IMG/VR virus record: IMGVR_UViG_3300033149_004295
Location: 1-53,782 of that record
DNA from: a virus
Strand: one strand, 5' to 3'
Length of the DNA stretch: 53,782 nt
Shown in pieces: positions 36,401-43,630 of the stretch (positions within the stretch are counted from its first letter, which is position 1; each line of letters opens with the position of its first letter). Both the position numbers and the translations under genes were made by a program. A model generated the notes under the pieces. That model had not been told where the DNA came from. It saw only the letters and a list, made by a program, of their open reading frames with translations, and made no database searches.

Positions 36401-36769
36401 GTGGCGAGAAAAAAGAGAGCCGATTTAAGACAAACCCAGGGAAAAGTCCGGGAAACAAAAAAGCCTCCCGGGAAAGAGGGAATTTCCCGGGATTCGGGTA
36501 GAGGTGACGACTGGAGGCCGACCTGGGAAGTACAAACCGATTTAAGGGCCTTCTGTCCTGTCTGCGGGTGGAGGGCGAAGGTTAGTCTAATGAAAAATGG
36601 ACCATACAAGCCGGTTCTATATCTGCAAAAATACGGAGGTAAAAGACCAGATGGTAAAGGATATATGGAGTTTGAAGAGCTGCCGGAAGAAGAGCAGAGA
36701 GAGTTCAGAAAAACACTTAAAAATATTCTCCTAAACGCGCTGGCTGCATTGGAGAAAATTGAGAATTGA
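36401..36769 (+). CDS. Hypothetical basic zinc-ribbon-like protein
   Basis: The GTG at 36401 lies 2 nt after the integrase stop. Contains a CPVCG motif. Its 5' part carries 4-5 CC(C/A)GGGAAA motifs. Confidence 0.45.
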   Translation: MARKKRADLRQTQGKVRETKKPPGKEGISRDSGRGDDWRPTWEVQTDLRAFCPVCGWRAKVSLMKNGPYKPVLYLQKYGGKRPDGKGYMEFEELPEEEQREFRKTLKNILLNALAALEKIEN

Positions 36770-36848
36770 CGCTTCTTGCTTGCTGCTTCTTCCTTGCTGC
36801 CTGCTGCTTTTTGCCTGCTGCTTGCTACTTCTTGCTTGCTGCTATCTT
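36770..36848 (+). repeat. A-depleted (C/T/G-only) low-complexity tract of GCT/CTT repeats
   Basis: cgcttcttgcttgctgcttcttccttgctgcctgctgctttttgcctgctgcttgctacttcttgcttgctgctatcttg contains only two A residues in 79 nt. Confidence 0.8.
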
Positions 36849-36924
36849 GATTTACATAATTTTACATTTTCAGATCTGAAATTCCGAAAATTCCGAAAAT
36901 GTGCAGCGAAATCAAAAATAAGCC

Positions 36925-36942
36925 ATTTCGATGCATCGAAAT
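36925..36942. promoter_or_regulatory. Perfect 18-bp palindrome (operator candidate) upstream of the sigma-factor promoter
   Basis: ATTTCGATGCATCGAAAT is its own reverse complement. It is preceded by the direct repeat gaaattccgaaaattccgaaaat. Confidence 0.55.
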
Positions 36943-36959
36943 TTTCTGATAAGAAAATG

Positions 36960-36988
36960 TTGACGATTTTCAAAAATGGTGGTAAAAT
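36960..36988 (+). promoter_or_regulatory. Sigma-A-type promoter candidate for the sigma-factor gene
   Basis: TTGACG (36960-36965), 17-nt spacer, TAAAAT (36983-36988). Confidence 0.6.
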
Positions 36989-37027
36989 TTTCACATAGGA
37001 TCAAAAAATTTTTTGGGAGGTATGAAA

Positions 37028-37690
37028 ATGATAAAAGGTAGAGTGCAGCTAAAGCGGCATGCAGAAAAGAAGACGTATTGGATCAAGTTGAGGATCACGG
37101 GGAGAGGGAAAAGCAAAACAATTAGGTTGCAGCAGCGTAAAAGGCAGCCCGAAAGTTTTAGAGACAAGCTAGGAGACAGAACTTTCATTTACTACAATAT
37201 TGCAGCTAAAGCTGTCGCAAAAGTACCAGGACGCGACAGGGAGGATATAAGGCAGGAAATATATCTTACATTGGTAGAACACAAGCCTAAAAAAAATTCA
37301 CATTGTTGGCAGCTTGCTAGGAATACAGTTGCCGAATACTTCCGACGTGGGGCAATAGAGAACATAAAAAGCCCTTACCGTCGGAACTATAAGCCCATGC
37401 TTCTTTTTACCGAGTTCACCAGTGACCGATACAGTGAGGAAGAAGGGGAGGAAATAAGGCAACTAGACGCTATACTTGCCAAGCAGAATATATTTGAGGA
37501 AATACCGGAAGGCGATATTACAGGCAGGGAACTATGGGAGAATATTATTAATAGTTTTAGCCCTAAAATTATTACCATACTAGCCAAAAAATTGGATAGG
37601 CAACCATTGACCGATACTGAGCGCAAAAGGTGGCAGCGTGCACGCAAAAAACTGCAAGCGCACGTAAAGAAAATGCTTGTGGTTACCTGA
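37028..37690 (+). CDS. Sigma-70-family (ECF-like) RNA polymerase sigma factor
   Basis: Region 2-like is REDIRQEIYLTLVEH...VAEYFRR. Region 4-like is ILAKKLDRQPLTDTERKRWQRARKKL. The ATG at 37028 lies 7 nt after GGGAGG. Confidence 0.6.
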   Translation: MIKGRVQLKRHAEKKTYWIKLRITGRGKSKTIRLQQRKRQPESFRDKLGDRTFIYYNIAAKAVAKVPGRDREDIRQEIYLTLVEHKPKKNSHCWQLARNTVAEYFRRGAIENIKSPYRRNYKPMLLFTEFTSDRYSEEEGEEIRQLDAILAKQNIFEEIPEGDITGRELWENIINSFSPKIITILAKKLDRQPLTDTERKRWQRARKKLQAHVKKMLVVT

Positions 37691-37782
37691 AAATGGTTAC
37701 CTGAAAAAAAAATAAAAAAATATGTCACGTTTTGAGCTAGTTTTTGCGAATATATATAGTGAGTTTGATTTTAATATTGTTG

Positions 37783-37813
37783 AGAGTGATTATTTTCACT
37801 CTCTCTTTTTTTT
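37783..37813 (+). terminator. Rho-independent terminator
   Basis: gagagtgaTTATTtcactctc 8-bp stem followed by a T-run (tcttttttttg). Confidence 0.75.
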
Positions 37814-37846
37814 GTTTTAAAACTGAATATGAAAGGAGGTGTCCTC

Positions 37847-38074
37847 GTGGTAGAGGTACCTTTTGATGCAGGGTATATGATGGACTGCCTGCAACGAGAC
37901 AAGCGCACTACTGCTTGTTCCAGTTGCGGGGCTTTTATCCCTCGTCCTCAGTACCATGACGACAAGCCTCTCTGCCGGAAATGCTGGCTTGCGGCTAATG
38001 GCATCAAGGCAGAACCGGTAGAGCCGGAGCAACCAAGACCCCCCGTTGTATGGACACTTCGCCTCAGAAAGTAA
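37847..38074 (+). CDS. Small zinc-ribbon protein
   Basis: CSSCG...CRKC motif. The GTG lies 7 nt after AGGAGG; the track ORF starts at the ATG at 37829, which overlaps the RBS. Confidence 0.5.
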   Translation: MVEVPFDAGYMMDCLQRDKRTTACSSCGAFIPRPQYHDDKPLCRKCWLAANGIKAEPVEPEQPRPPVVWTLRLRK

Positions 38075-38162
38075 CCTGCGTTGCTCCTGTCCACCTTCCC
38101 TACCCTGGCAGGTGGGCAGCGTGGAGCGCAGATTTACAACTAAATAGGGAAGGAGGGCCATA

Positions 38163-38345
38163 ATGCGGCGGTCTTGTGAAACCTGCGAGCGTCGTGTCAA
38201 GGCCCCCGGGAAGGCTATCAAGTGCAAGGTATTCAAGTCCAAGCCTTCCGAGTGCTGGGCCTGGACCGACGATCCGGCCTGGGAGGAAAAAGTCAACCAG
38301 GCCGTGGCGGAGTATACGGGCAGGAAAGCTAAAAGGGTAAGTTAA
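38163..38345 (+). CDS. Hypothetical small Cys-containing protein
   Basis: ATG after a GGAAGGAGGG RBS; 60 aa. Confidence 0.5.
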   Translation: MRRSCETCERRVKAPGKAIKCKVFKSKPSECWAWTDDPAWEEKVNQAVAEYTGRKAKRVS

Positions 38346-38422
38346 CAGCCGAGTCCGGGGCCTGCGTGCGGGCCTCGTCCTGGGCTGTTAAGCTCTTACA
38401 ACTGAATAAAGGAGGTGTAGCA

Positions 38423-38821
38423 ATGCCTGCCGTATACCAGGAGCTGGCGCGCAAGCTAGGTGCTTACCAGTGGTGCGTAAAAGAAGGCAACGCGTGCGCT
38501 GTTAAGCACCTGCACGACATCGAGGCAACTGTGGAAGAATACATGCCGTCCGGCTCTGGCGTGGATACCGGCACAACGCTTAACCTGGAAAAATCCACGC
38601 CAGACCGACTGGTATTCGACGCAAGCTATCACGTAATGAATGAGGCCGGCTTTTACGTCGGCTGGATTGATTTCCAGGTCATCGTAAAGCCTTCGCTTGC
38701 ATTTGACTTCGATTTAAGCATACGCGGGCAGTTCGGAAAATACCAGGACATCAAGGAATACCTGTACAACCTGTATAGCGATGCACTCGGACAGGAAGTA
38801 CAAAAGCAAAAAGCCATGTAG
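38423..38821 (+). CDS. Hypothetical protein
   Basis: The in-frame ATG at 38423 follows an AAAGGAGG RBS. The TAG stop is the first triplet of stem-loop cassette A. Confidence 0.55.
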   Translation: MPAVYQELARKLGAYQWCVKEGNACAVKHLHDIEATVEEYMPSGSGVDTGTTLNLEKSTPDRLVFDASYHVMNEAGFYVGWIDFQVIVKPSLAFDFDLSIRGQFGKYQDIKEYLYNLYSDALGQEVQKQKAM

Positions 38822-38888
38822 GCTGGACGCCAGGCAGGACTCTATGCCTGCCTGAAGTCGAGTCTATACAGGGAAAGGGGGTGAAACG
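38819..38888 (+). repeat. Intergenic stem-loop cassette, copy A
   Basis: gtaGGCTGGACgccAGGCAGGactctatgCCTGCCTgaaGTCGAGTCtatacagggaaagggggtgaaac. Outer and inner helices are separated by a 3x3 internal loop. The cassette ends in the RBS of the next gene. Confidence 0.85.
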
Positions 38889-38889
38889 A

Positions 38890-39303
38890 GTGAAAAGCTG
38901 CAAGAAACGCATTAAGCACGAGTATAAAGGCAGAATTGAGGACCTGCGCAAGCTGTTTTATGCTTACCAGAAAGGAGAAGAGGACAAGTATTCAGACGAA
39001 CTAGGGACTTTCTTAGAATACGGCCTCTGTTTTGATTATGTTGCTCCCAACACATTCCGAGACCAGCCGGAAGGGTATTTCCGCTACCAGCTCAGTTGGG
39101 GTGGACCGCAAGACGAATTCAGGTTTTACGCCCATCCTGACGACACATTTCCGGGATTAATTGAATATTGGTTCTTGGACTGGTTTGACGGAGCTAAACT
39201 GGAAGTAATAGGAAAGGATTACCTGCTATTATCGGAGATATGGCAGTTCTTCCAAGAGATAGGTACCGTCGCTGCCGAATATGAAAAAGCAGTAGGGTTG
39301 TAG
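38890..39303 (+). CDS. Hypothetical protein
   Basis: The GTG at 38890 is positioned like the start in cassette copy B; the track ORF starts at 38881. Confidence 0.5.
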   Translation: MKSCKKRIKHEYKGRIEDLRKLFYAYQKGEEDKYSDELGTFLEYGLCFDYVAPNTFRDQPEGYFRYQLSWGGPQDEFRFYAHPDDTFPGLIEYWFLDWFDGAKLEVIGKDYLLLSEIWQFFQEIGTVAAEYEKAVGL

Positions 39304-39369
39304 GCTGGACGCCAGGCAGGACTCTATGCCTGCCTGAAGTCGAGTCTATACAGGGAAGGGGGTGAAACC
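39301..39369 (+). repeat. Intergenic stem-loop cassette, copy B
   Basis: Identical to copy A except for a 1-nt deletion in the GGGAAAGGGGG tract. Confidence 0.85.
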
Positions 39370-40005
39370 GTGCCCGAAATACCCGATCCGATGTTCAACG
39401 ACACGAAGTTAAAAAACCAAATAAAAGAGGCGGCCAAAAATGGCACTGTCTTTTTCAAGCAGATTGAAGAAGGCAGGTTCATGTGGGTAACTAACTGCTA
39501 CTTCGCGGCCAAAATAAGTGCCGTCTTATGCCCCAGGACCATAAAGGAAATTGTTTCATACTGTGACAGGCCGTTTATGAACCGCCTTCCGAAAGAAGGC
39601 CGCATCCATAGCAGGACAGTAAAGGAGCAGAAATCAGCGGTTTTTGACGACCTAGTAAAAAATGCGGGAGATATAGAATTTGTCCCGACAGGTTTTTACC
39701 ATAAAACCACTATAACTATCGATAAAAGAAAGAAAGAAAGACTCCTTAAATTTTACCTTGCAAAGGACGCGAATATTTATACGGCACTAAACACAGACTT
39801 TATCGGAGTATTAAGAGACGAATCTAGCCTCAGAATAAGAGGTAAAGGCAGTAATGAACCTTTATTGTTCGAGCATGATGACAGCGAAGAAAAATTTGTC
39901 TGTATAGGAGCCAGGGTATCCATGGACAAGCTGGACAGTTTCAGAAATGACGTAAAGAGAATATACAAGGCATTAAATTCTATCAAGACGGTGAAATCCG
40001 CTTAA
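39370..40005 (+). CDS. Hypothetical protein
   Basis: GTG start directly after cassette B; 211 aa. Confidence 0.55.
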   Translation: MPEIPDPMFNDTKLKNQIKEAAKNGTVFFKQIEEGRFMWVTNCYFAAKISAVLCPRTIKEIVSYCDRPFMNRLPKEGRIHSRTVKEQKSAVFDDLVKNAGDIEFVPTGFYHKTTITIDKRKKERLLKFYLAKDANIYTALNTDFIGVLRDESSLRIRGKGSNEPLLFEHDDSEEKFVCIGARVSMDKLDSFRNDVKRIYKALNSIKTVKSA

Positions 40006-40029
40006 CTGCAAAAGAAAGGAGGTATAGCC

Positions 40030-40230
40030 GTGGCTAATAGTAAAAACGGCAAGAAAAAAATCGAACTCATGTTTGAAATCGAAAAAGAGACAAAGAACAC
40101 TATCCGCTTTGCCGAGCTGGAGGACCAGGACGGACAGCCGCCGGTAGTCCGTACTCTGTACCTCCAGAAGTTTGCAACAAAGAAACTCGGCGAGCCGACA
40201 AAAATCAAGGTCGTCATAGAGCCTGCGTAA
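40030..40230 (+). CDS. Hypothetical small protein
   Basis: GTG after an AAAGGAGG RBS; 66 aa. Confidence 0.5.
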   Translation: MANSKNGKKKIELMFEIEKETKNTIRFAELEDQDGQPPVVRTLYLQKFATKKLGEPTKIKVVIEPA

Positions 40231-40238
40231 AAGCCTGC

Positions 40239-40308
40239 GTAGGCTGGACAGTAGGCAGGGCCTTGTGCCTGCCTGCGATCGAGTCTATGCAGAAAGGGGG
40301 TGAAACGG
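40239..40308 (+). repeat. Intergenic stem-loop cassette, copy C (diverged)
   Basis: gtaGGCTGGACagtAGGCAGGgccttgtgCCTGCCTgcgaTCGAGTCtatgcagaaagggggtgaaac. The stems are kept while the loop and internal loop have changed. Confidence 0.8.
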
Positions 40309-40752
40309 GTGAGGTTTTTTGTAGAATTTGCAGTTAAAGAAGGCGGTTTAATAAACCTACCAAGCCGCACGATCGGCCTTACACAAGTTGACATGGTTCG
40401 GGAAAAAGAGCAACTTCCAAATTTACCGCTTGATGTTTTTAGTTCCGAAGTATACTCAAAGCGAGAGCTATACGCACTTGTAGAAATAGATGAAGAAACA
40501 GCAAGAAGAGCCGCTAAAGCAGGTTGTCTTTTCCTTGAACAAGATAGGGAACGGGTAGTTGTGAGCGGCAGCTTTAATAATTACTGCAATCTGGACTATG
40601 AAGCGTTCAGAGCAGTTGACGGCAAAATTCACCGGGTCTGCTTCAGCTACCAGCTAAACAAGAAGAAACTTATAGAAAACTGGGAGAACGCAGGTTTCCC
40701 GAAAGAGTGGGAATTGGAATCTGTAAACAAGCCTGAAAATGAGGAAGTGTAG
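40309..40752 (+). CDS. Hypothetical protein
   Basis: The GTG at 40309 is positioned as in copies A and B; the track ORF starts at 40300. Confidence 0.5.
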   Translation: MRFFVEFAVKEGGLINLPSRTIGLTQVDMVREKEQLPNLPLDVFSSEVYSKRELYALVEIDEETARRAAKAGCLFLEQDRERVVVSGSFNNYCNLDYEAFRAVDGKIHRVCFSYQLNKKKLIENWENAGFPKEWELESVNKPENEEV

Positions 40753-40815
40753 ACTGGACGCCAGGCAGGACTCTATGCCTGCCTGAAGTCGAGTCTATGC
40801 GGAAAGGGGGTGCGG
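40750..40815 (+). repeat. Intergenic stem-loop cassette, copy D
   Basis: tagACTGGAC...GTCGAGTCT. The G-to-A change in the outer stem converts a G-U pair to an A-U pair. Confidence 0.85.
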
Positions 40816-40824
40816 TTTTAAAAA

Positions 40825-40965
40825 ATGATCTGTGAAATATGCGGTACTGAAAAAGACGTATTCCATGTGGATATATATTACGACGACGAAGAACAGGAAT
40901 TTGATATTCCAGGTTGTTATGACTTTATTTGCGTTAAATGTGCTATAAAATTCAAAATTAAATAG
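40825..40965 (+). CDS. Small zinc-ribbon protein (46 aa; below the ORF-track length cutoff)
   Basis: My translation is MICEICGTEKDVFHVDIYYDDEEQEFDIPGCYDFICVKCAIKFKIK. It follows cassette D and its GGGGG RBS. Confidence 0.5.
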   Translation: MICEICGTEKDVFHVDIYYDDEEQEFDIPGCYDFICVKCAIKFKIK

Positions 40966-40981
40966 ACAAATTACAACAACT

Positions 40982-41050
40982 GTCAAGTATTAAGCATTTT
41001 CTAAAAGAAAATTGCAAAAAGGAAGGCATTGGAGAGCATGTCGTCGAAAA
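40982..41050 (+). repeat. Conserved leader/promoter-like element, copy 1 (second copy at 45418-45480)
   Basis: The copies share gtcaag.a..ttttctaaaagaaaatt.caaa..gg.ag...att...gtcgaaa. The core is an AATTTTC-N5-GAAAATT palindrome. Confidence 0.6.
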
Positions 41051-41079
41051 AAATAATTCAAAAGGAGGGGTGAAAATAA

Positions 41080-41340
41080 ATGACAGCAAAACCTATCCAC
41101 ATCCACGGGGGCTACATTTTTGATCTCCTGGAGGATGGCGACTTTCGGGCTTATGAGTATGAAGTCACTGCCGGAAACTCCGTCACATTTACTGGTGAAT
41201 GGATCACTTATGAGGATGGAGAAAAACGTGCTCGTCCAGCCACTCTTCACGTCGTTTTTGAAAATGACGTAGAAGAGATGACGGAAAAAGAACTACTTTC
41301 CGCTGGCTGGGACGAATACCAGATCATCGAAGAAAAATAA
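41080..41340 (+). CDS. Hypothetical protein
   Basis: ATG after an AAAGGAGGGG RBS; 86 aa. Confidence 0.55.
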   Translation: MTAKPIHIHGGYIFDLLEDGDFRAYEYEVTAGNSVTFTGEWITYEDGEKRARPATLHVVFENDVEEMTEKELLSAGWDEYQIIEEK

Positions 41341-41397
41341 GGTAAGGCCCGCCGGGAGCCTTATCCCGGCAACACTAAAAATAAGGAGCGTGATTAT

Positions 41398-41742
41398 ATG
41401 AAAAAATGCACAAAAACTAAAAAACCGTGTTTTCCGGAGCGGGTAAAGAAAGTTATTTTTAAAATTACCGACCTTCCCGCAGAGAAGCGGAAAGTAAACG
41501 ACGTCACGGTGGCCCTGGCCGAGCAGGGCCTCACCGTAGACGCGGCTGAGAAGTATTTATTGCAACAGGGATATGAACCCAAAACCGTAAAAGCCGCCCT
41601 GGGACTTGGACCGATCGAAGACGCTATCGCTCTTTATCGGCTCCGAAATGCGGAGCTGTGGCTGCGTGATAAGTCTACTATTAGAGAACTAAAAAAGGCC
41701 AAAGAACACCTAGAAAAAGGTCTTTGGCCGAAGTCGGAATAA
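41398..41742 (+). CDS. Hypothetical protein
   Basis: ATG after a TAAGGAG RBS; 114 aa. Confidence 0.55.
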   Translation: MKKCTKTKKPCFPERVKKVIFKITDLPAEKRKVNDVTVALAEQGLTVDAAEKYLLQQGYEPKTVKAALGLGPIEDAIALYRLRNAELWLRDKSTIRELKKAKEHLEKGLWPKSE

Positions 41743-41814
41743 CTGCGAAACCGGCCTCGTGCCGGTCGGCCACAAATACAGCTCCCCGCCGTGGCTCTGA
41801 TGAGCAGGGGGAGC
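41743..41814 (+). ncRNA. Type II hammerhead self-cleaving ribozyme (HH-1); predicted cleavage between 41767 and 41768
   Basis: Stem II: CUGC (41743-46) pairs with GCAG (41804-07). GAAA is at 41747-50. Stem III is CCGGC-cucgu-GCCGG closed by an A-U pair. C17 is at 41767. Stem I: GGCCAC pairs with GUGGCU. CUGAUGA is at 41797-41803. Pseudoknot: GCUCCCC (41781-87) pairs with GGGGAGC (41808-14). Confidence 0.85.
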
Positions 41815-41830
41815 AAAAGGAGGAATTTAA

Positions 41831-42205
41831 ATGCTAACTCTGGACGCTTTAAGAAAAATTGCTCAAAAAGAGGGGTTTAGGGAGTGTGATTATTACGAAT
41901 TTACTACTCATCGAAAAATAAGTACAAATTTTTATCACTTTGTCAATGAAGATAAAAACATTGCAATAAACGCCCAGCTTGGTCCTGATGTAGATATGGC
42001 TACGCTTGTTTATACAGTCGGGGGAAGAGAGGCTTTGGAACAATCCTCCCATCTGCTGCTCGAAAAAAGAAAAATAACAGTTGAAGCAGCACTCAAGTAC
42101 GGCCCGTGGGGGCCGGTGGAAACAGAGATGTTTGAAGTTAAAACAGAAGAAGAACTTATCAATGCAATCAAAGAAGCCAAAAAGATAGCAAGACCCAGAG
42201 CATAA
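41831..42205 (+). CDS. Hypothetical protein (the gene bracketed by the two hammerheads)
   Basis: ATG after an AAAGGAGG RBS; 124 aa. Confidence 0.55.
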   Translation: MLTLDALRKIAQKEGFRECDYYEFTTHRKISTNFYHFVNEDKNIAINAQLGPDVDMATLVYTVGGREALEQSSHLLLEKRKITVEAALKYGPWGPVETEMFEVKTEEELINAIKEAKKIARPRA

Positions 42206-42209
42206 TTCC

Positions 42210-42290
42210 TTGCGAAACCGGCCTCGTGCCGGTCGGCCACAAAAACACAAAAACTAGCTCCCCGCCGTGGCCCTGATGAGCAGGGGGAGC
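42210..42290 (+). ncRNA. Type II hammerhead self-cleaving ribozyme (HH-2); predicted cleavage between 42234 and 42235
   Basis: Same architecture as HH-1. UUGC pairs with GCAG; GAAA at 42214-17; identical stem III; C17 at 42234. Stem I pairs GGCCAC with GUGGCC, a compensatory change relative to HH-1. CUGAUGA at 42273-79. Pseudoknot: 42257-63 pairs with 42284-90. Confidence 0.85.
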
Positions 42291-42313
42291 AGAAAGGGGT
42301 TTGTAGATGAACA

Positions 42314-42823
42314 ATGCGCTATAAGCCATATCCAGTTTCTGACCGCCGCCTGTATCGCTGCATCGCTATCGCGGTCTCCCAGCAGCGGTGGCTCGGCGGC
42401 TGGGAGTATACAATTTGGGAGAAAGGTCTCTCCCAGGACCTCTATCACGAGCTTGTTACCGCCGGGGTAGAGGCCTACCGGGAGAACCTCGACCCTGACA
42501 GCGATTTTAAGGCGATAAAAAACATTGCGCAGCGTAGACTGTATCACTTTCTTTCCGCCTACGGCATACACCGTGGATGGGACCCGGTTCAAAAGAAACA
42601 ATTGAAAGGTTTCCAGAGCCGGGAAGCCTGCGTGGGCGAATTTAAATTCGACATATCTGCTCCGGACGCAGAGCCGAACCTAATCCGTATAGCAATAATC
42701 CAGCGGTTTGGCCCTGATGCCTGGGACGAACTTTGTAACTGGGTCAACGACCGGAGAAAGAAAAGAAAGCCGCCGGTTGTGGACCAAGTTGTTAGATATC
42801 TTAAAAAGGAGGTGTTAGTGTGA
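42314..42823 (+). CDS. Hypothetical protein
   Basis: 169-aa ORF; no confident family. Confidence 0.5.
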   Translation: MRYKPYPVSDRRLYRCIAIAVSQQRWLGGWEYTIWEKGLSQDLYHELVTAGVEAYRENLDPDSDFKAIKNIAQRRLYHFLSAYGIHRGWDPVQKKQLKGFQSREACVGEFKFDISAPDAEPNLIRIAIIQRFGPDAWDELCNWVNDRRKKRKPPVVDQVVRYLKKEVLV

Positions 42824-43047
42824 AGCTTACGTTCAAGTTTTTCCGCGACGACGGGGGCCGGCTGAGAGCTACGCTTGAAGAGTTCAACATAACAAAACCT
42901 GTCGAACGGCGGGACGGTAAGCGGTATAAAATATTGAAAGTCTTTTCTTTACCGCCCGGAATCCGCTGCGCCATAAAAACAAGCGACGTTTACCGCCTAC
43001 AAACTGCCCAGGCCGGTGATGTCGTGGAGGTGGTACTCGGTGTTTAA
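42820..43047 (+). CDS. Hypothetical small protein
   Basis: GTGA overlap with the upstream stop; AAGGAGG RBS. Confidence 0.5.
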   Translation: MKLTFKFFRDDGGRLRATLEEFNITKPVERRDGKRYKILKVFSLPPGIRCAIKTSDVYRLQTAQAGDVVEVVLGV

Positions 43048-43630
43048 ATTCGACAAAGAGTATCCCTCCAAGGTTGTCGCCACATCGCTTATTTCTATCG
43101 TTCCGGACTACAGGTGTGACCCTATGGTCTGGACACCTGGACTGAAGGAGTTTCAAACCAGGCGGGTGTTTATCGTCTGCTCGGTCAACCGGCGGGGCAG
43201 GAACACCTTCCGTTTTTACCCGCTGAATAAACAGACAGATAAAGCTCCGCCTGCCTTCGTGGTTGTTCCTCATGATTCGCCTTATATCAAAGACACCACC
43301 ACTCACATTGTCTTCGACCATAAGAACTTCAAAATTATTCGCCCGCTCAAAGCCGTATACTATAAGGCAAAGTGGGCACTGGATCGTGGGGAGCTGGACT
43401 GGCTGCCGGGAAATTTACTCACCCTGGTTAAGCACTGCTATTTCAAAGACCTTATCGACGATTCCTTTATTGAGAACGTCGAAAGGGAGTTTGAAAAGCT
43501 GGAGAAGATGCTTGCCAGGGCCGAAGGCAATAACTTCCAGGGAGAAACAGAGGTATGCATACGCAAGGCGTACAAGCTTTGCGAAAAGATATTTGCAAAA
43601 ATCAAAAAGGAGGTAGACGAGTATGTCTAA
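43040..43630 (+). CDS. Hypothetical protein with a DUF2786-like C-terminal helix
   Basis: The in-frame GTG lies 9 nt after GGAGG; the track ORF starts at 43016. C-terminal LARAEGNNFQGETEVCIRKAYKLCEKI resembles DUF2786. Confidence 0.45.
   Translation: MFKFDKEYPSKVVATSLISIVPDYRCDPMVWTPGLKEFQTRRVFIVCSVNRRGRNTFRFYPLNKQTDKAPPAFVVVPHDSPYIKDTTTHIVFDHKNFKIIRPLKAVYYKAKWALDRGELDWLPGNLLTLVKHCYFKDLIDDSFIENVEREFEKLEKMLARAEGNNFQGETEVCIRKAYKLCEKIFAKIKKEVDEYV

Noticed and set aside
38819-40815. The four stem-loop cassettes as hammerhead, twister or pistol-type ribozymes
   Set aside because: CUGAAGU in copies A, B and D resembles CUGANGA, but position 9 is U, and copy C reads CUGCGAU, so the core is not conserved. 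The loop sequences differ between copies, which rules out the conserved pseudoknots of twister and pistol. A novel ribozyme cannot be excluded, but nothing in the sequence supports one.
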